Positions 53,038 through 62,642 of a DNA stretch of 64,000 nt are shown in pieces. Position numbers and translations under genes: made by a program. Source of the stretch: a virus; IMG/VR virus record IMGVR_UViG_3300035688_000002, positions 1 through 64,000 of that record; one strand, 5' to 3'. Positions within the stretch are counted from its first letter, which is position 1, and every line of letters starts with the position of its first letter. The notes beneath the pieces are model-generated. The model did not search any database. It was not told the origin of the DNA and was given only the letters and a program-made list of their open reading frames with translations.

Positions 53038-53250
53038 CTACAGTTTTTGGCGCTTTAACTCAGCGAGTTCTCGCTCTTTCTCGGTTATCGTTCGTTTGAG
53101 TTTGAGTTTCTGGCGCTCTCTTTCTAATAGCTTCCCAGTCACATACTTTACCAGAGGAACGCCATACTTTGAAATCATGGACTTGACGGAACGCTCAATC
53201 ATGGTCGCATCCCTTGACCGACCAGGAAACCTACGATTCTTCATTTTCAT
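53038..53250 (-). CDS. hypothetical protein
   Basis: GGAGG RBS; basic coiled coil. Confidence 0.55.
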   Translation of the reverse strand: MKMKNRRFPGRSRDATMIERSVKSMISKYGVPLVKYVTGKLLERERQKLKLKRTITEKERELAELKRQKL

Positions 53251-53416
53251 TATTTGCCTCCTTATTTTCAGGGAAAATGACTAAACCAACCTTTGGCAGA
53301 TTATCTTTGGCAAACTGTCTGATTTCCTCCTGAGTTAGATTTTCTCCCTCAAAATCGACTATGTGAAACGTGCCTTCTTTCTTGCTCTCAAGAAGAGCTG
53401 TCAATTTTACTTTCAT
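53231..53416 (-). CDS. hypothetical protein
   Basis: ATGA coupling to the upstream gene. Confidence 0.55.
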   Translation of the reverse strand: MKVKLTALLESKKEGTFHIVDFEGENLTQEEIRQFAKDNLPKVGLVIFPENKEANNENEES

Positions 53417-53835
53417 TGTTTCTCTCCCACTTCATAAACTTCAATAGCCTGTTTAAAATAGAATTTTCGCCCACAACTGGGGCACCCATACGGATTCTCG
53501 GTGTAGATGCCTATTACAAACTCCCAAAGCCCAAATGTCTTTCCACAAACACACTGGGTCACTGGCAGAAGCTCATCGTCTGGGTTTCCAAATTTCATTT
53601 TATCAGTGACTTTCCTCACTATGCCCTCCCTTATTCTCATTATCCCTTTATGAAAATCTTTCATCGAGGGTAAAGGAATCACACTTCCTGTCGCCTCCTC
53701 AATTCTAAGCCCAAGCTCTCTGGCAGTCTTTAAGCCTTTCTTTATCGCCTCTGAGCCGCACTTAAAGGACTCGTTGAGTATCCTGATGTCAGAACGCTTA
53801 AGCACCCCTCCGACTGTCTTCTTGACTGCTGGCAT
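53413..53835 (-). CDS. hypothetical protein with C-terminal Zn ribbon
   Basis: CVCG...CPSCG; start ATG 53835 just after the helicase stop. Confidence 0.6.
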   Translation of the reverse strand: MPAVKKTVGGVLKRSDIRILNESFKCGSEAIKKGLKTARELGLRIEEATGSVIPLPSMKDFHKGIMRIREGIVRKVTDKMKFGNPDDELLPVTQCVCGKTFGLWEFVIGIYTENPYGCPSCGRKFYFKQAIEVYEVGEKQ

Positions 53836-53836
53836 T

Positions 53837-55252
53837 TTATCCTCCCAAATCTTCCTCTCCCATAGCAAGCTCCTCAGCCGAGGCAAACTCAACATCTTCT
53901 GGCTGTGCCTCACGCGGCTCCTCTGCCTCCAGCTCTTCAAACTTTCCTATATCGAAAGTCTCCCTAAAAGGCACAATTAAATGTCCTTCCTCGTCCCTCA
54001 CCTTGGCAAAATAGAATCTTCCGATGTGTTCTCTCAGTTCCGTCGGTGTCCGGCAGATCGCTATGACTACATCTGCGATTTGTGCCTTAGCAAAAGACTC
54101 TGCCATGTCTGCGATGGTTACAATGTCTTTGCTCATTGATTTCCTGCTTGCCTGGCACCCTGTCCATAAGGGAAGCTCAAACTCCTGAGCCAATCCACGG
54201 AGTCTCTCATAAAGAGCTCCGAGCATTTCATATCGCTTAGCCTCTCTGTATTCGACAGTCATCTTCATAATGTCAGCATAATCTACAATTAGAAGGTCAA
54301 TGTCAAAGCTCTGCCCCGTTCTCACATACGTTATCACTGAGCGAAGCTCATCGAGTGAAAGGCTGCGAGTGGGAAACTCCATCACAAGGACGTCCCCTGG
54401 TGTTACCAGCCTTCGGATTCTTCTTAGGCTGTTTATGACCCGATCCGACTCCTCATGGAGCCTGTCTTTAGGCACTCTCGTCAGATGAGCCTCATATCTG
54501 GCAATGACTTTCCGTTTAGCGAGTTCGAGCGAGACATGCAAGACAGTCTTTTGAAGTTTTACTGCGTGTGCCCCCACTGTATTCAGATAAAATGACTTGC
54601 CGTATCCGGGAGGGGCAAGAACCACTCCCAGCTCTCCAGGCCCCAAACCCCCATTCAGAATGGCATCTGTATGCCTCAGTCCAGTGAGAATCTTATCTGC
54701 CGCGGGGTTTTCTCTCACCCGAGCCTCTGCATCTCTCAAGAGATACTCAGCTTTATGCCTTGCTATCTTTCCTGCCAGGGTATTATAAACCTGATTGACT
54801 GACTCCGTAAAAGTCCTTATGTTTAATTCCCCGTCTCTCGCTGCCTCCGTTGCAGCAGCCTCTGACACACGAGCAAGTTGGGCTCTTATAATGTAGCTTG
54901 AGACTTTGGCAATCAGATACTCCCTCTCTCCCAAAGGAACCCTGTAAATCTTCTCAATCTCTCTCCAGACATAGTCTAAAGGAACGGGGATTTCTTTCCC
55001 TGCCTGCCTTAGAGCCTGAGTCATCTCCCTTTCGAGAATCACTCTTGAACAGGGTCTAAGAAAATGAGAGAAGTGAGTCTTGGCTATTCGATAGACGATT
55101 CTATGGACTGGGTTTTCAAAATACTCTTCATCAATGGCATCCATAAAATGATTCGCTACCTCACGGTCTCTGATGAGATATCCCAGTGCCTCCAATTGAA
55201 ACTCACTCGGGATTATCGAGGTCAGTACATCAACCACCATAGACTCCTCCAA
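53837..55252 (-). CDS. dnaB: replicative DnaB/gp41-type helicase
   Basis: TG....D..L.GGL, APPGYGKS, SLE, IVDYAD, Q..R, AES..K...AD, K.R. Confidence 0.92.
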   Translation of the reverse strand: MEESMVVDVLTSIIPSEFQLEALGYLIRDREVANHFMDAIDEEYFENPVHRIVYRIAKTHFSHFLRPCSRVILEREMTQALRQAGKEIPVPLDYVWREIEKIYRVPLGEREYLIAKVSSYIIRAQLARVSEAAATEAARDGELNIRTFTESVNQVYNTLAGKIARHKAEYLLRDAEARVRENPAADKILTGLRHTDAILNGGLGPGELGVVLAPPGYGKSFYLNTVGAHAVKLQKTVLHVSLELAKRKVIARYEAHLTRVPKDRLHEESDRVINSLRRIRRLVTPGDVLVMEFPTRSLSLDELRSVITYVRTGQSFDIDLLIVDYADIMKMTVEYREAKRYEMLGALYERLRGLAQEFELPLWTGCQASRKSMSKDIVTIADMAESFAKAQIADVVIAICRTPTELREHIGRFYFAKVRDEEGHLIVPFRETFDIGKFEELEAEEPREAQPEDVEFASAEELAMGEEDLGG

Positions 55253-56022
55253 TTCCCAATGTGACCAAACGCCTTCTGAACGCTTTTTAATTCCCTCTCT
55301 GCTACTCCTTTCCTTGCCTCAATCAGCTTTTTAACATAGTTTCCGTCCCGCACCATTCTGGCCCTGACTGGGGCTGCATAGTGAATCACAGCTCTTGCCA
55401 CTTCCGCTCTGACGGTATCCCTGATGCACTTGTCTCTTTGCCAATAATCTTCAAACTTCTCAAAGCGACTGTGGGTTGCTATGAACTCAGGCGTAAAGAC
55501 ATCAGCATAAGCCAAAAAGACGGCAAAGAGAGAAGTGACGTTATTTAATTCTTTCCCTCTTCCAGACTTCAACAAGCTCCAGAGAATCGTGTAGCCGTTA
55601 TAGAAACAGTTTGTAAATCTTGACTGAAAGTTGAGAGGGTTAGAGCTTTTAACAGAGCTAAAAGCGCCCTTTCTCGTCATGAATCTGGATCGCATCCCTC
55701 TCATTCTACCAATAAAAATGCTGAAGCCAGCCTCTGAGGCAAGGAAGGACAGGGGAGGATATTTCCATTTGAGATTTCTGCCTTCCCAACTCTTAGGGTC
55801 TAACATGACGGTAAAGAAATCTTCTACTTTGATCCCCAGAGCGCTACACTTCCTGGCAATGAAGGAAAATTGCTCGAAATTTCTCTTTCCATGGGAAGTA
55901 CTAATATCCTCAGAGTATTTCCGAACCGCATGATAAAACTCTCTGAGCATTTCTTCAAAGAGCCTCTTAACCACAGAAACGATCTGCGGGGCAAATCTTT
56001 CTTTGGAGGGAGTCTTGCTCAT
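55222..56022 (-). CDS. hypothetical replication-associated protein (candidate helicase loader or initiator)
   Basis: Basic 266 aa overlapping the DnaB start; function inferred from position only. Confidence 0.6.
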   Translation of the reverse strand: MSKTPSKERFAPQIVSVVKRLFEEMLREFYHAVRKYSEDISTSHGKRNFEQFSFIARKCSALGIKVEDFFTVMLDPKSWEGRNLKWKYPPLSFLASEAGFSIFIGRMRGMRSRFMTRKGAFSSVKSSNPLNFQSRFTNCFYNGYTILWSLLKSGRGKELNNVTSLFAVFLAYADVFTPEFIATHSRFEKFEDYWQRDKCIRDTVRAEVARAVIHYAAPVRARMVRDGNYVKKLIEARKGVAERELKSVQKAFGHIGNWRSLWWLMY

Positions 56023-56027
56023 TTTAT

Positions 56028-56236
56028 CTGCACCTCTTCATCATTATCATTCTCAGGGCCCCTAAGTTTTTCATTGAGGGTGCAGGTGGGTTTGTTTCTA
56101 TCGAAACAAACACTCTTTCTCCTTTTCTTTCTTCCTTCTGATCTAAGTCTTTTTAAAGAGATCAGATAAAGATAAAGATATTAGTTAGATCTGATTCTTT
56201 ATAGAAACTATAAAGAATCATCTCTGTCGTGCAGTT
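56028..56236. repeat. AT-rich non-coding region with several inverted repeats (candidate replication origin)
   Basis: 13-bp perfect IR 56192-56220, 9-bp IR 56090-56111, TCTGATCT/AGATCAGA pair, tandem AGATAA. Confidence 0.5.
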
Positions 56237-56485
56237 TCATTCAGAGTCCTTTACAAACTCATTCCAGGCAACCCTAAAAGTCGGAAAGAGTCCTTCTATG
56301 GCTTTTATTGCTGACTCATAAAGAAACTCTCCGTCTTTGAAACCAGCAGCCACCTCTTCCAGACACTTTCCCTTGAAACATTCTGGACACATCTCTGTAG
56401 CTTTCTGAAAAATAAAATCATAAAAAGCTACCTGAACTCTTATCCAACTTCCACACTTTTTAATTAGCTCACTGTTATCGAACAT
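56237..56485 (-). CDS. hypothetical protein
   Basis: AAGGAG RBS; CPEC. Confidence 0.55.
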   Translation of the reverse strand: MFDNSELIKKCGSWIRVQVAFYDFIFQKATEMCPECFKGKCLEEVAAGFKDGEFLYESAIKAIEGLFPTFRVAWNEFVKDSE

Positions 56486-56506
56486 CAGAGCTCCTTTCTG
56501 AGCTAA

Positions 56507-56537
56507 AATTAGAAGATACCAAAGGTATCTTCTAATT
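56507..56537. repeat. perfect 14-bp inverted repeat with 3-nt loop (terminator or operator)
   Basis: AATTAGAAGATACC-AAA-GGTATCTTCTAATT, intergenic. Confidence 0.7.
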
Positions 56538-56545
56538 GGCTCTTT

Positions 56546-56971
56546 TTACCCCTTCTCTTTGACCAAGGAATTCAAATCCACATAGACTATCCCCGTTGAT
56601 TTGTCCTGTCTGCAAGCGTAAGTGCGAGTCTTTTCTAAATCGAACCCCCAGGCTTTTGCCTGTGTCCGAAATGAAACAGCGATGACACCTCTGGATAGCT
56701 TAGCCAGGATGAGCTTGTAGGTAATAGGGGCTCCTTCATGCCAGGGAACCGGGCGCAGAGCAAGCAGTTTGGTTCTCAAATTCCATGCCATAAAGACAGC
56801 TTTGTTTTTCAATTGAGACCCTAACAGCCAATTAGAGACTATCAGGCTGAAAATTAAAAACCCAGACTTTCCTATAGTGCAGACCGGCTCACTGCGAGAC
56901 ATAGCTTCTCTGTGTTTGACATCCCTGGTAAAGACCTGGAAGCCAGGCGGGAATAACTGTTCGGTTTTCAA
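56546..56971 (-). CDS. hypothetical protein
   Basis: AGGAGGTG RBS before TTG start. Confidence 0.6.
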   Translation of the reverse strand: MKTEQLFPPGFQVFTRDVKHREAMSRSEPVCTIGKSGFLIFSLIVSNWLLGSQLKNKAVFMAWNLRTKLLALRPVPWHEGAPITYKLILAKLSRGVIAVSFRTQAKAWGFDLEKTRTYACRQDKSTGIVYVDLNSLVKEKG

Positions 56972-57000
56972 CGTAATTCACCTCCTTGTCTGAATGAAAT

Positions 57001-57100
57001 TGACAGGGCAGTGACGGACAATGGAGGTCACTATGAGCGAGCTACGCTTCACAGTACCTTGCACAAGGATTTTCATTGTCACACGCCGGCTGCCCTGTCA
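57001..57100. ncRNA. candidate structured intergenic RNA
   Basis: 11-bp perfect closing stem TGACAGGGCAG/CTGCCCTGTCA enclosing further nested stems. Confidence 0.4.
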
Positions 57101-57105
57101 TATTT

Positions 57106-59982
57106 TTATCTCCCTCTCGTCTTTATCTGAGTAGGGATAACATCGAAGCCTTCTTTCCGATACAGGCTGAGTCTATAGACGCTGTGTGCCTCCAAATAAC
57201 GATCACCTCTATCCTCAAAGTCATAGATGCGGACGACATTCTCTCCGCTGGGTTTCTTTCTCATCCCTCTTCCAATTCTCTGTAGGAGTTTCATGTGGCT
57301 TTTGCCTGCTCCCGCAAGAATGAGAACCTTTATTGCTGGCAAATCCATTCCCTCATCAAATATTGGGGTAGCCACGATAGCTGGAATTTCATTCCGTTCC
57401 AGCATAGCCAGTTTCTGGTTTCTCTCTTGTGCTTCTGTCAGTCCCGAAACCAGAATCGTTCCGTTGGTCATTCGAGAAAGAAGCTCCCGGGCGTGCCTAA
57501 AAGTCTGAATGAGTATCAGAACCGGCTCCTTTCTCAGCTTATGCAGTCTGGCAATCCCTGCTATGATGTTGTTTCGGTCATTATTTAACTCTATGCCTGC
57601 AATATATGCAGCCTGCCAGTTTCTGGCCCTCATAAATTTTAGAGAGAAATTCTTAATTCGATATATCTTTGGTGCGGCTGAGAAGCCTCTCATTATCATT
57701 TCTCGGTTGGTAATAGTCTTAATTTCCTCTCCAGTCATTGATATCAGTCTGAGATTCTGGATTTCCTCTCTCATCAGAGGAGTGGCAGAGAGGCCAAAGC
57801 GATAGAAGGCGTTGATGTTCTTGGACACTTTGAACCACGTAGCGGCCGACTGATGATGACAATTAGAGACAACGAATCCATTAGCGAAGAAAAGATGGTC
57901 ATTGCTATCAATCTCAATATCATAAAGCTCTGTCTCATCACAAAACTGAATATTGGTTATCTTAATCTCTTTATAGAGAGACCGTACTGAAACCTTATCG
58001 TGGGAAGACAACCACGACAGCTTCCGAGGCACCAAGAGTTTTTTGGCCTCTCTAATCTTTACAATCTTTAACCCTCTATTCTCAATAATTGGAACATAAT
58101 GATCATCAGAGGCTATCAAATAATTCCCTGAATTAAGCCAATATTTGAATGCTGGTTTTACAGTCTTCCAAACCCTCTTTACATTAGCTACACCCTTCGG
58201 AGTCAAAACTACGTCTCCAACCCTCAACTCCTTTAACAACTTAATCCCTTCTGGAACGGCGATTTCGGTATCTCCATCAAGACATTCGTCAATCAGAAGC
58301 ATATCAACCTCATTCCAGAGCCAGTCTTTAAACATTGCCTTTATTTCTTTATTCTTGCTTGTGACTCGATTAAAGAGGGTCTGAACCATGCCTACAGTCA
58401 CCCTCTTAATGTCCATGGCATTTCGATGAACCACTCCTATATCTTCATTCAATCTAGCTGCTAGCCTATCTCTTGTCTGATAGAGGAGGTTGCCTCTGTG
58501 TGTGAGCCACAGCACTTTTACTGGGGCTATTTTCATTAAGCCAGCGCCTATTTCTGTATTGTGTGTCGGGATAAAGTGATTTGTAAGATACATATGCTCT
58601 GGATGATGTGACGAAATACACCGGCACTCTTTTCTTCCCACATACTCTATCTCCGTAATGACACGGCTCTGATGTTTCTCTCCCACTAATACACGTACCC
58701 ACTTCCTCGGAAGAGAAAAAGCTCTATGGGCTAGCTTGCCGCCAAAAGTCACTACATAGCTTCTCTTTCCTTCTTTAAGCTTTCCAAGATATTTGAATTT
58801 TGGTATCTTGCTACGGATACGGCAAACAGCACCCAAACTCTCTGCCACCTCTTTTACATCCATAGCCAATTGCAAGGAAGTCGAGCAAAACTCGACCCCG
58901 CTTCGCCTGGAAGGAGAGTAGCCATCTGTATCCATTAACCCATTAAGCAACTCCATACGAACAGATCCGGAGTTATACTTATAGACATCTGGAATAAATT
59001 TCTCCCACGACTTTCTATTGCACAGCCCATACTTTCTCAAAGCATCAAGAATGACATTCCCTCCACCCCGTCTCTGTTTGGAAAGGACATAATCTACAAT
59101 CCTTCCTGACTGCTTCAATTGATATCCTCCCGGCAGCAACCGACGAGCTTTGGAAACAATAGCTTTATCTCCACAAGATAGCCTTATTCCATTCTTATCC
59201 AGGCTACCATCCCCGAGAAGAACACCCAACAGATATGGATGGATGACTACAGGGGCAAAAACAAATTCAACAGGTTTCGCAGGATAAATTTGATACTTGG
59301 GCCTCCCAGATTTTTGAAGATGGCTTCCCATTATAGAATTCAATGCAACCACCTTCTCCCTAATTGTCCAATTTATTCTGCTTCCTATCTTCCACAGATG
59401 CTCTAAGGAACACTCCACGGAATCACCGTTCCTAAAAGTGACTCTATAAATATCCAACAATCCCTGCGGATAGACTCCCGTAACAGTTGTCGAGTCTCCC
59501 ATCGGAGTCAAAATCTCATCCCCAACTTTAATTTTCCCCATTTGCACCGGGCCTTTAGTAGTATAAACAAGAGCATCTAAAGGCTGAGATTTTCCTGCGT
59601 TAGTCGGAGCAGTCAAGATACAGCGTTCCATTGCAAAAGCTCTTTGAATCGCGTCTATTTGATAATCTCTGAGTTGGATTCCCTCTAATTTTAACTCTTG
59701 AGTCACAAACTCAGGCTTCCTTCGAGCGTCGTTCATAACGAAACGGTCTTTGAGCTTATCTGGGAAAATGTCAAAGAGACCGGTAGGGAACGTCTGAGAG
59801 AAATCATTATAAAAACAGTAAGTCCCATCCCAGATTCTCTTTCTAAACGATGTCATAAACCAAAAGTTAGGCACGGCAAAAGTCAAAAACTTCCTGATGG
59901 CGTCTTCCTCTGAGGGAACGTCAAAAGATTCAATCTTAATGAAAATATTACCCTTACTTGCCTTTATCAATTCTTTCCTCAA
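57106..59982 (-). CDS. SF2 DExH helicase (UvsW-like) interrupted by two inteins
   Basis: LRDYQ, APTNAGK|T, DE|CH, GLSATP, EG.D.P, QRIGR..R; about 473 aa after splicing. Confidence 0.92.
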   Translation of the reverse strand: MRKELIKASKGNIFIKIESFDVPSEEDAIRKFLTFAVPNFWFMTSFRKRIWDGTYCFYNDFSQTFPTGLFDIFPDKLKDRFVMNDARRKPEFVTQELKLEGIQLRDYQIDAIQRAFAMERCILTAPTNAGKSQPLDALVYTTKGPVQMGKIKVGDEILTPMGDSTTVTGVYPQGLLDIYRVTFRNGDSVECSLEHLWKIGSRINWTIREKVVALNSIMGSHLQKSGRPKYQIYPAKPVEFVFAPVVIHPYLLGVLLGDGSLDKNGIRLSCGDKAIVSKARRLLPGGYQLKQSGRIVDYVLSKQRRGGGNVILDALRKYGLCNRKSWEKFIPDVYKYNSGSVRMELLNGLMDTDGYSPSRRSGVEFCSTSLQLAMDVKEVAESLGAVCRIRSKIPKFKYLGKLKEGKRSYVVTFGGKLAHRAFSLPRKWVRVLVGEKHQSRVITEIEYVGRKECRCISSHHPEHMYLTNHFIPTHNTEIGAGLMKIAPVKVLWLTHRGNLLYQTRDRLAARLNEDIGVVHRNAMDIKRVTVGMVQTLFNRVTSKNKEIKAMFKDWLWNEVDMLLIDECLDGDTEIAVPEGIKLLKELRVGDVVLTPKGVANVKRVWKTVKPAFKYWLNSGNYLIASDDHYVPIIENRGLKIVKIREAKKLLVPRKLSWLSSHDKVSVRSLYKEIKITNIQFCDETELYDIEIDSNDHLFFANGFVVSNCHHQSAATWFKVSKNINAFYRFGLSATPLMREEIQNLRLISMTGEEIKTITNREMIMRGFSAAPKIYRIKNFSLKFMRARNWQAAYIAGIELNNDRNNIIAGIARLHKLRKEPVLILIQTFRHARELLSRMTNGTILVSGLTEAQERNQKLAMLERNEIPAIVATPIFDEGMDLPAIKVLILAGAGKSHMKLLQRIGRGMRKKPSGENVVRIYDFEDRGDRYLEAHSVYRLSLYRKEGFDVIPTQIKTRGR
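57862..58284 (-). mobile_element. mini-intein (141 aa) in helicase Walker B
   Basis: Starts CLDGDT after DE, has block B (SDDH) and LYDIEI...HLFFANGFVVSN, followed by C+1 of DECH. Confidence 0.9.
58558..59589 (-). mobile_element. intein with LAGLIDADG homing endonuclease (344 aa) in helicase Walker A
   Basis: Starts SQPLD after GK, ends THN before T; LLGVLLGDG and LLNGLMDTDG motifs. Confidence 0.92.
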
Positions 59983-60763
59983 GAATAAGTCGGTATTTCT
60001 GTTGAATAGTCTCTCCCCAGTCTTTGTAAGGACGGGGAGGATATTTAATCCCTGTCGGCACTATCGATTTCATTTTCTTTCGGAGATCCTCGGCTGCCTC
60101 AGAAGCGTCCCTATCAAAAGCCACAAACAGCCTCCTTGGGTTATGCTGTATGATTCTTTGAAGCTGTCGGTTGGTAGGCTTCTTTCCAAAGACAGCCACT
60201 CCCTTAACTGCCACTGCGTCAAAGACTCCCTCTGTTATATAAATATCACTCTCATCCGGCATCCAGCCCCATAAAGCCTCGCCTTTGCTTATTAATGTCT
60301 CTCCCTCACCCGGAAACAGCCACTTAGGTTCTGTATTCAAGACTGACCTTGCAGCCCAAAAGACATGAGGGCCTCTTGGATCGGGGAAGATAGCTCTGTG
60401 AGCAAGCCTTATACTCATGAGAATATTGAATCTCTTAATGCTTTCCTCATCAATCCCTCTTCGGGTGAGATAACTTTTTATTGTCCAAGCCACAACAGAG
60501 CGATTGTCCATAAGAGAAATAAAATCCTGGTCAGGGACTTGCAAAGATGGGAAGCCTTCTACTACAGTCCATTTCCCTCCCACAAAGGGAAATGTGACGG
60601 CCAAATCTGGATAATCAAGCAGTAGCTTTTTTATTGGTCCGCCTCTCTCACAGTAAAGACAGTGGAAAACTCCCTTTTCTAAGTTTATAGACATATGTTT
60701 GTGATGGCTTGACCCGGGATGGTCCCCCAATGGATACGGACATCTTATGACTATTTCGCTCAT
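59954..60763 (-). CDS. dnaG: DNA primase (Zn finger + TOPRIM)
   Basis: CP...H...C..C, YL..RGI, ITEG.FDA, FD.DA. Confidence 0.88.
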   Translation of the reverse strand: MSEIVIRCPYPLGDHPGSSHHKHMSINLEKGVFHCLYCERGGPIKKLLLDYPDLAVTFPFVGGKWTVVEGFPSLQVPDQDFISLMDNRSVVAWTIKSYLTRRGIDEESIKRFNILMSIRLAHRAIFPDPRGPHVFWAARSVLNTEPKWLFPGEGETLISKGEALWGWMPDESDIYITEGVFDAVAVKGVAVFGKKPTNRQLQRIIQHNPRRLFVAFDRDASEAAEDLRKKMKSIVPTGIKYPPRPYKDWGETIQQKYRLILEERIDKGK

Positions 60764-61050
60764 TTCCTCACTTCAATTGCATAAAGACAACCGACATTGG
60801 GGCAAACGCCTTCTGCATCGGGCTCCAGCTCTCCACCACAGAGTCTAATACCACAATGCCATCCCTTTTTGCCACATTCGGATTCCTTAACCTTTGAATC
60901 GTTTAGATTCTCAAAAACCGTCACCCTCTCTTTAGGAATATGCTTCGAGCAAAAGACTTTCACTTCCTTCCTCGGATAGTCAGAATCACTGATATGAACA
61001 GGGATGAGAGTCTCACATTCCTCACATTTCTGCCAGTAGCAGTCACACAT
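60760..61050 (-). CDS. Cys-rich hypothetical protein
   Basis: AGGAG RBS before ATG 61050; CDC...CEEC...C..H. Confidence 0.6.
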   Translation of the reverse strand: MCDCYWQKCEECETLIPVHISDSDYPRKEVKVFCSKHIPKERVTVFENLNDSKVKESECGKKGWHCGIRLCGGELEPDAEGVCPNVGCLYAIEVRK

Positions 61051-61260
61051 TTTATCTCCTACTATTTTATTATATAAAGAGGACGAGACAGCCATGGCCA
61101 CCTTCCTACCAAAGCAACCACCCTCCGGTGATGGAACAACATGGAGAAGCTATCTCCATTTGTAGGTTGGAGGTAGTCCAGAGCCCACATCGCCATACTC
61201 ACGGAGCCGCTGCCCGCCTCTTTACTTCTAACATTTCTTACTATCTATTTTATTATGTAA

Positions 61261-61287
61261 AGAAACCCACCTTCATCGTGGGTTTCT
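61261..61287. terminator. intrinsic terminator, possibly bidirectional
   Basis: AGAAACCCAC-7 nt-GTGGGTTTCT with T-rich flanks; just after the stop at 61295. Confidence 0.7.
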
Positions 61288-61294
61288 CTTTTTC

Positions 61295-61867
61295 TTACCC
61301 TGTCAGCTCTCTCTGCCATTCCGCTTTTATTTTCTCTGCCGCTCCGTAGGCCAGCCCCTTTGCCCCTTTCACTCCCATTCTCTCCAGTTCCTCCCAAGCC
61401 TCACTTCTACTCCCTCCTTCCAGCATCTTTCTCATTACCATTTTCTCTATCCAGCCCAGCCTCTTTTCGATTTTCTCCCTCACCATCTTTAGGAGCCTTC
61501 GGATTTCTGCCTCTCTCCTTGCCCCTCGGCCTTTCTCCCCCACTTCCAAGAAGTCTTTCAATTCCATCCCCACTTTCAGATTCCCTTTCTTCGCTTCCTT
61601 ATTCACGCTTCCTTCTGGGATACTCAGCACACTCCTCATCTTCAGCTTCCATCTCAGGATTTGGAGCTTTGCGACTCTCCAAACCAGCCCCTCATTCATT
61701 TCTTGCCCCCTTGCCCTTAACCTTTCTCTTGCTTCGAGAATCCCTGCCCAGGCCTCATTCACCAGCTCTTTGAGCTCCTGATTTCTGACGGCATCCCTCA
61801 TTTGGCTTCTGGCTATCACCGTCACGATCTCTTGGATTCTCTCGGCCTCGATTTCTCTCTCTTTCAT
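61295..61867 (-). CDS. sigma70-family-like transcription factor (divergent)
   Basis: ELVNEAWAGILEA resembles region 2.2; C-terminal HTH-like segment; AAGGAGG RBS before ATG 61867. Confidence 0.55.
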   Translation of the reverse strand: MKEREIEAERIQEIVTVIARSQMRDAVRNQELKELVNEAWAGILEARERLRARGQEMNEGLVWRVAKLQILRWKLKMRSVLSIPEGSVNKEAKKGNLKVGMELKDFLEVGEKGRGARREAEIRRLLKMVREKIEKRLGWIEKMVMRKMLEGGSRSEAWEELERMGVKGAKGLAYGAAEKIKAEWQRELTG

Positions 61868-61921
61868 TGACTCCTCCTTTCTCTCGATTTTGCTTTCAGA
61901 TTTGCTTTTCATTATGCTTTC

Positions 61922-61950
61922 ATAATACTCCTATTTTTGCTTTTTGTCAA
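61922..61950 (-). promoter_or_regulatory. sigma70 promoter
   Basis: TTGACA-17 nt-TATTAT with AT-rich upstream element. Confidence 0.7.
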
Positions 61951-62180
61951 GCGATATTTTTCATTTTTTTAAAAATAAATGCACAAATTCTGGTCATTTT
62001 TTGCTTTTTTGCACAAAAAGTGGTCATCTCTTTCACTATAGTGATGCCACCCATTATATCTGTGATAATAAATAGAATGTGGAAAAGTCTGAGAAAGAAG
62101 ACAGTCAGAAAGGCAATAAAAAACTGAGGCACAGACAGACAGATGGACATTTAGATTTCAATCTTAGAAAGGGATTCTAA

Positions 62181-62621
62181 TTAGAGCCAAATCTCAAGAG
62201 AGCGCCTTCGAGTCATTCTCCAACGTGTCTCCCTTGAGCGTCTATAAAATCGTAAGATTCTGCGGTCAATGCAGTTCATAGTCTCTCCGGTGCAGCCACC
62301 GTGGCGGGGAGGATCACCATAATGAATCTGATGCCAAACAGTCTTTTTCTCCCGTCGCCTCTTTAGCTCTTTCTTGTGTTTCATTATCCGGTCTCTGTAG
62401 CTCTCTGGATGAAGGAGAAAACTTGCTCCTCCCCAATTAATCTCAACATAAAAGCCCTTCCCACAGTCTTGGCACAGAATCTCTATAAGGAGAACCTCTT
62501 GGGAATAAATGTCTGACGTCAGTTTAGGACTGAATTTTTCATATCTAGGCACCCCGTGGGCATCATACCAGAGAGGCTCTTTATTGATTCGCTTTCTGAT
62601 ATCAGAGTATTCAGGCTTCAT
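62181..62621 (-). CDS. hypothetical phage protein
   Basis: AGGAGG RBS; W.D..GVPRY..F.P, CQ.CG, HYGDPP.H. Confidence 0.7.
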   Translation of the reverse strand: MKPEYSDIRKRINKEPLWYDAHGVPRYEKFSPKLTSDIYSQEVLLIEILCQDCGKGFYVEINWGGASFLLHPESYRDRIMKHKKELKRRREKKTVWHQIHYGDPPRHGGCTGETMNCIDRRILRFYRRSRETRWRMTRRRSLEIWL

Positions 62622-62642
62622 TCTTTGTCCTCCTTAGAAAAA

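Noticed and set aside
53836-53940. N-terminal extension of the 175-aa ORF
   Set aside because: It overlaps the DnaB C-terminus; ATG 53835 has a good RBS
57001-57100. Hammerhead or twister ribozyme
   Set aside because: Core consensus such as CUGANGA...GAAA is not found in the right arrangement on either strand
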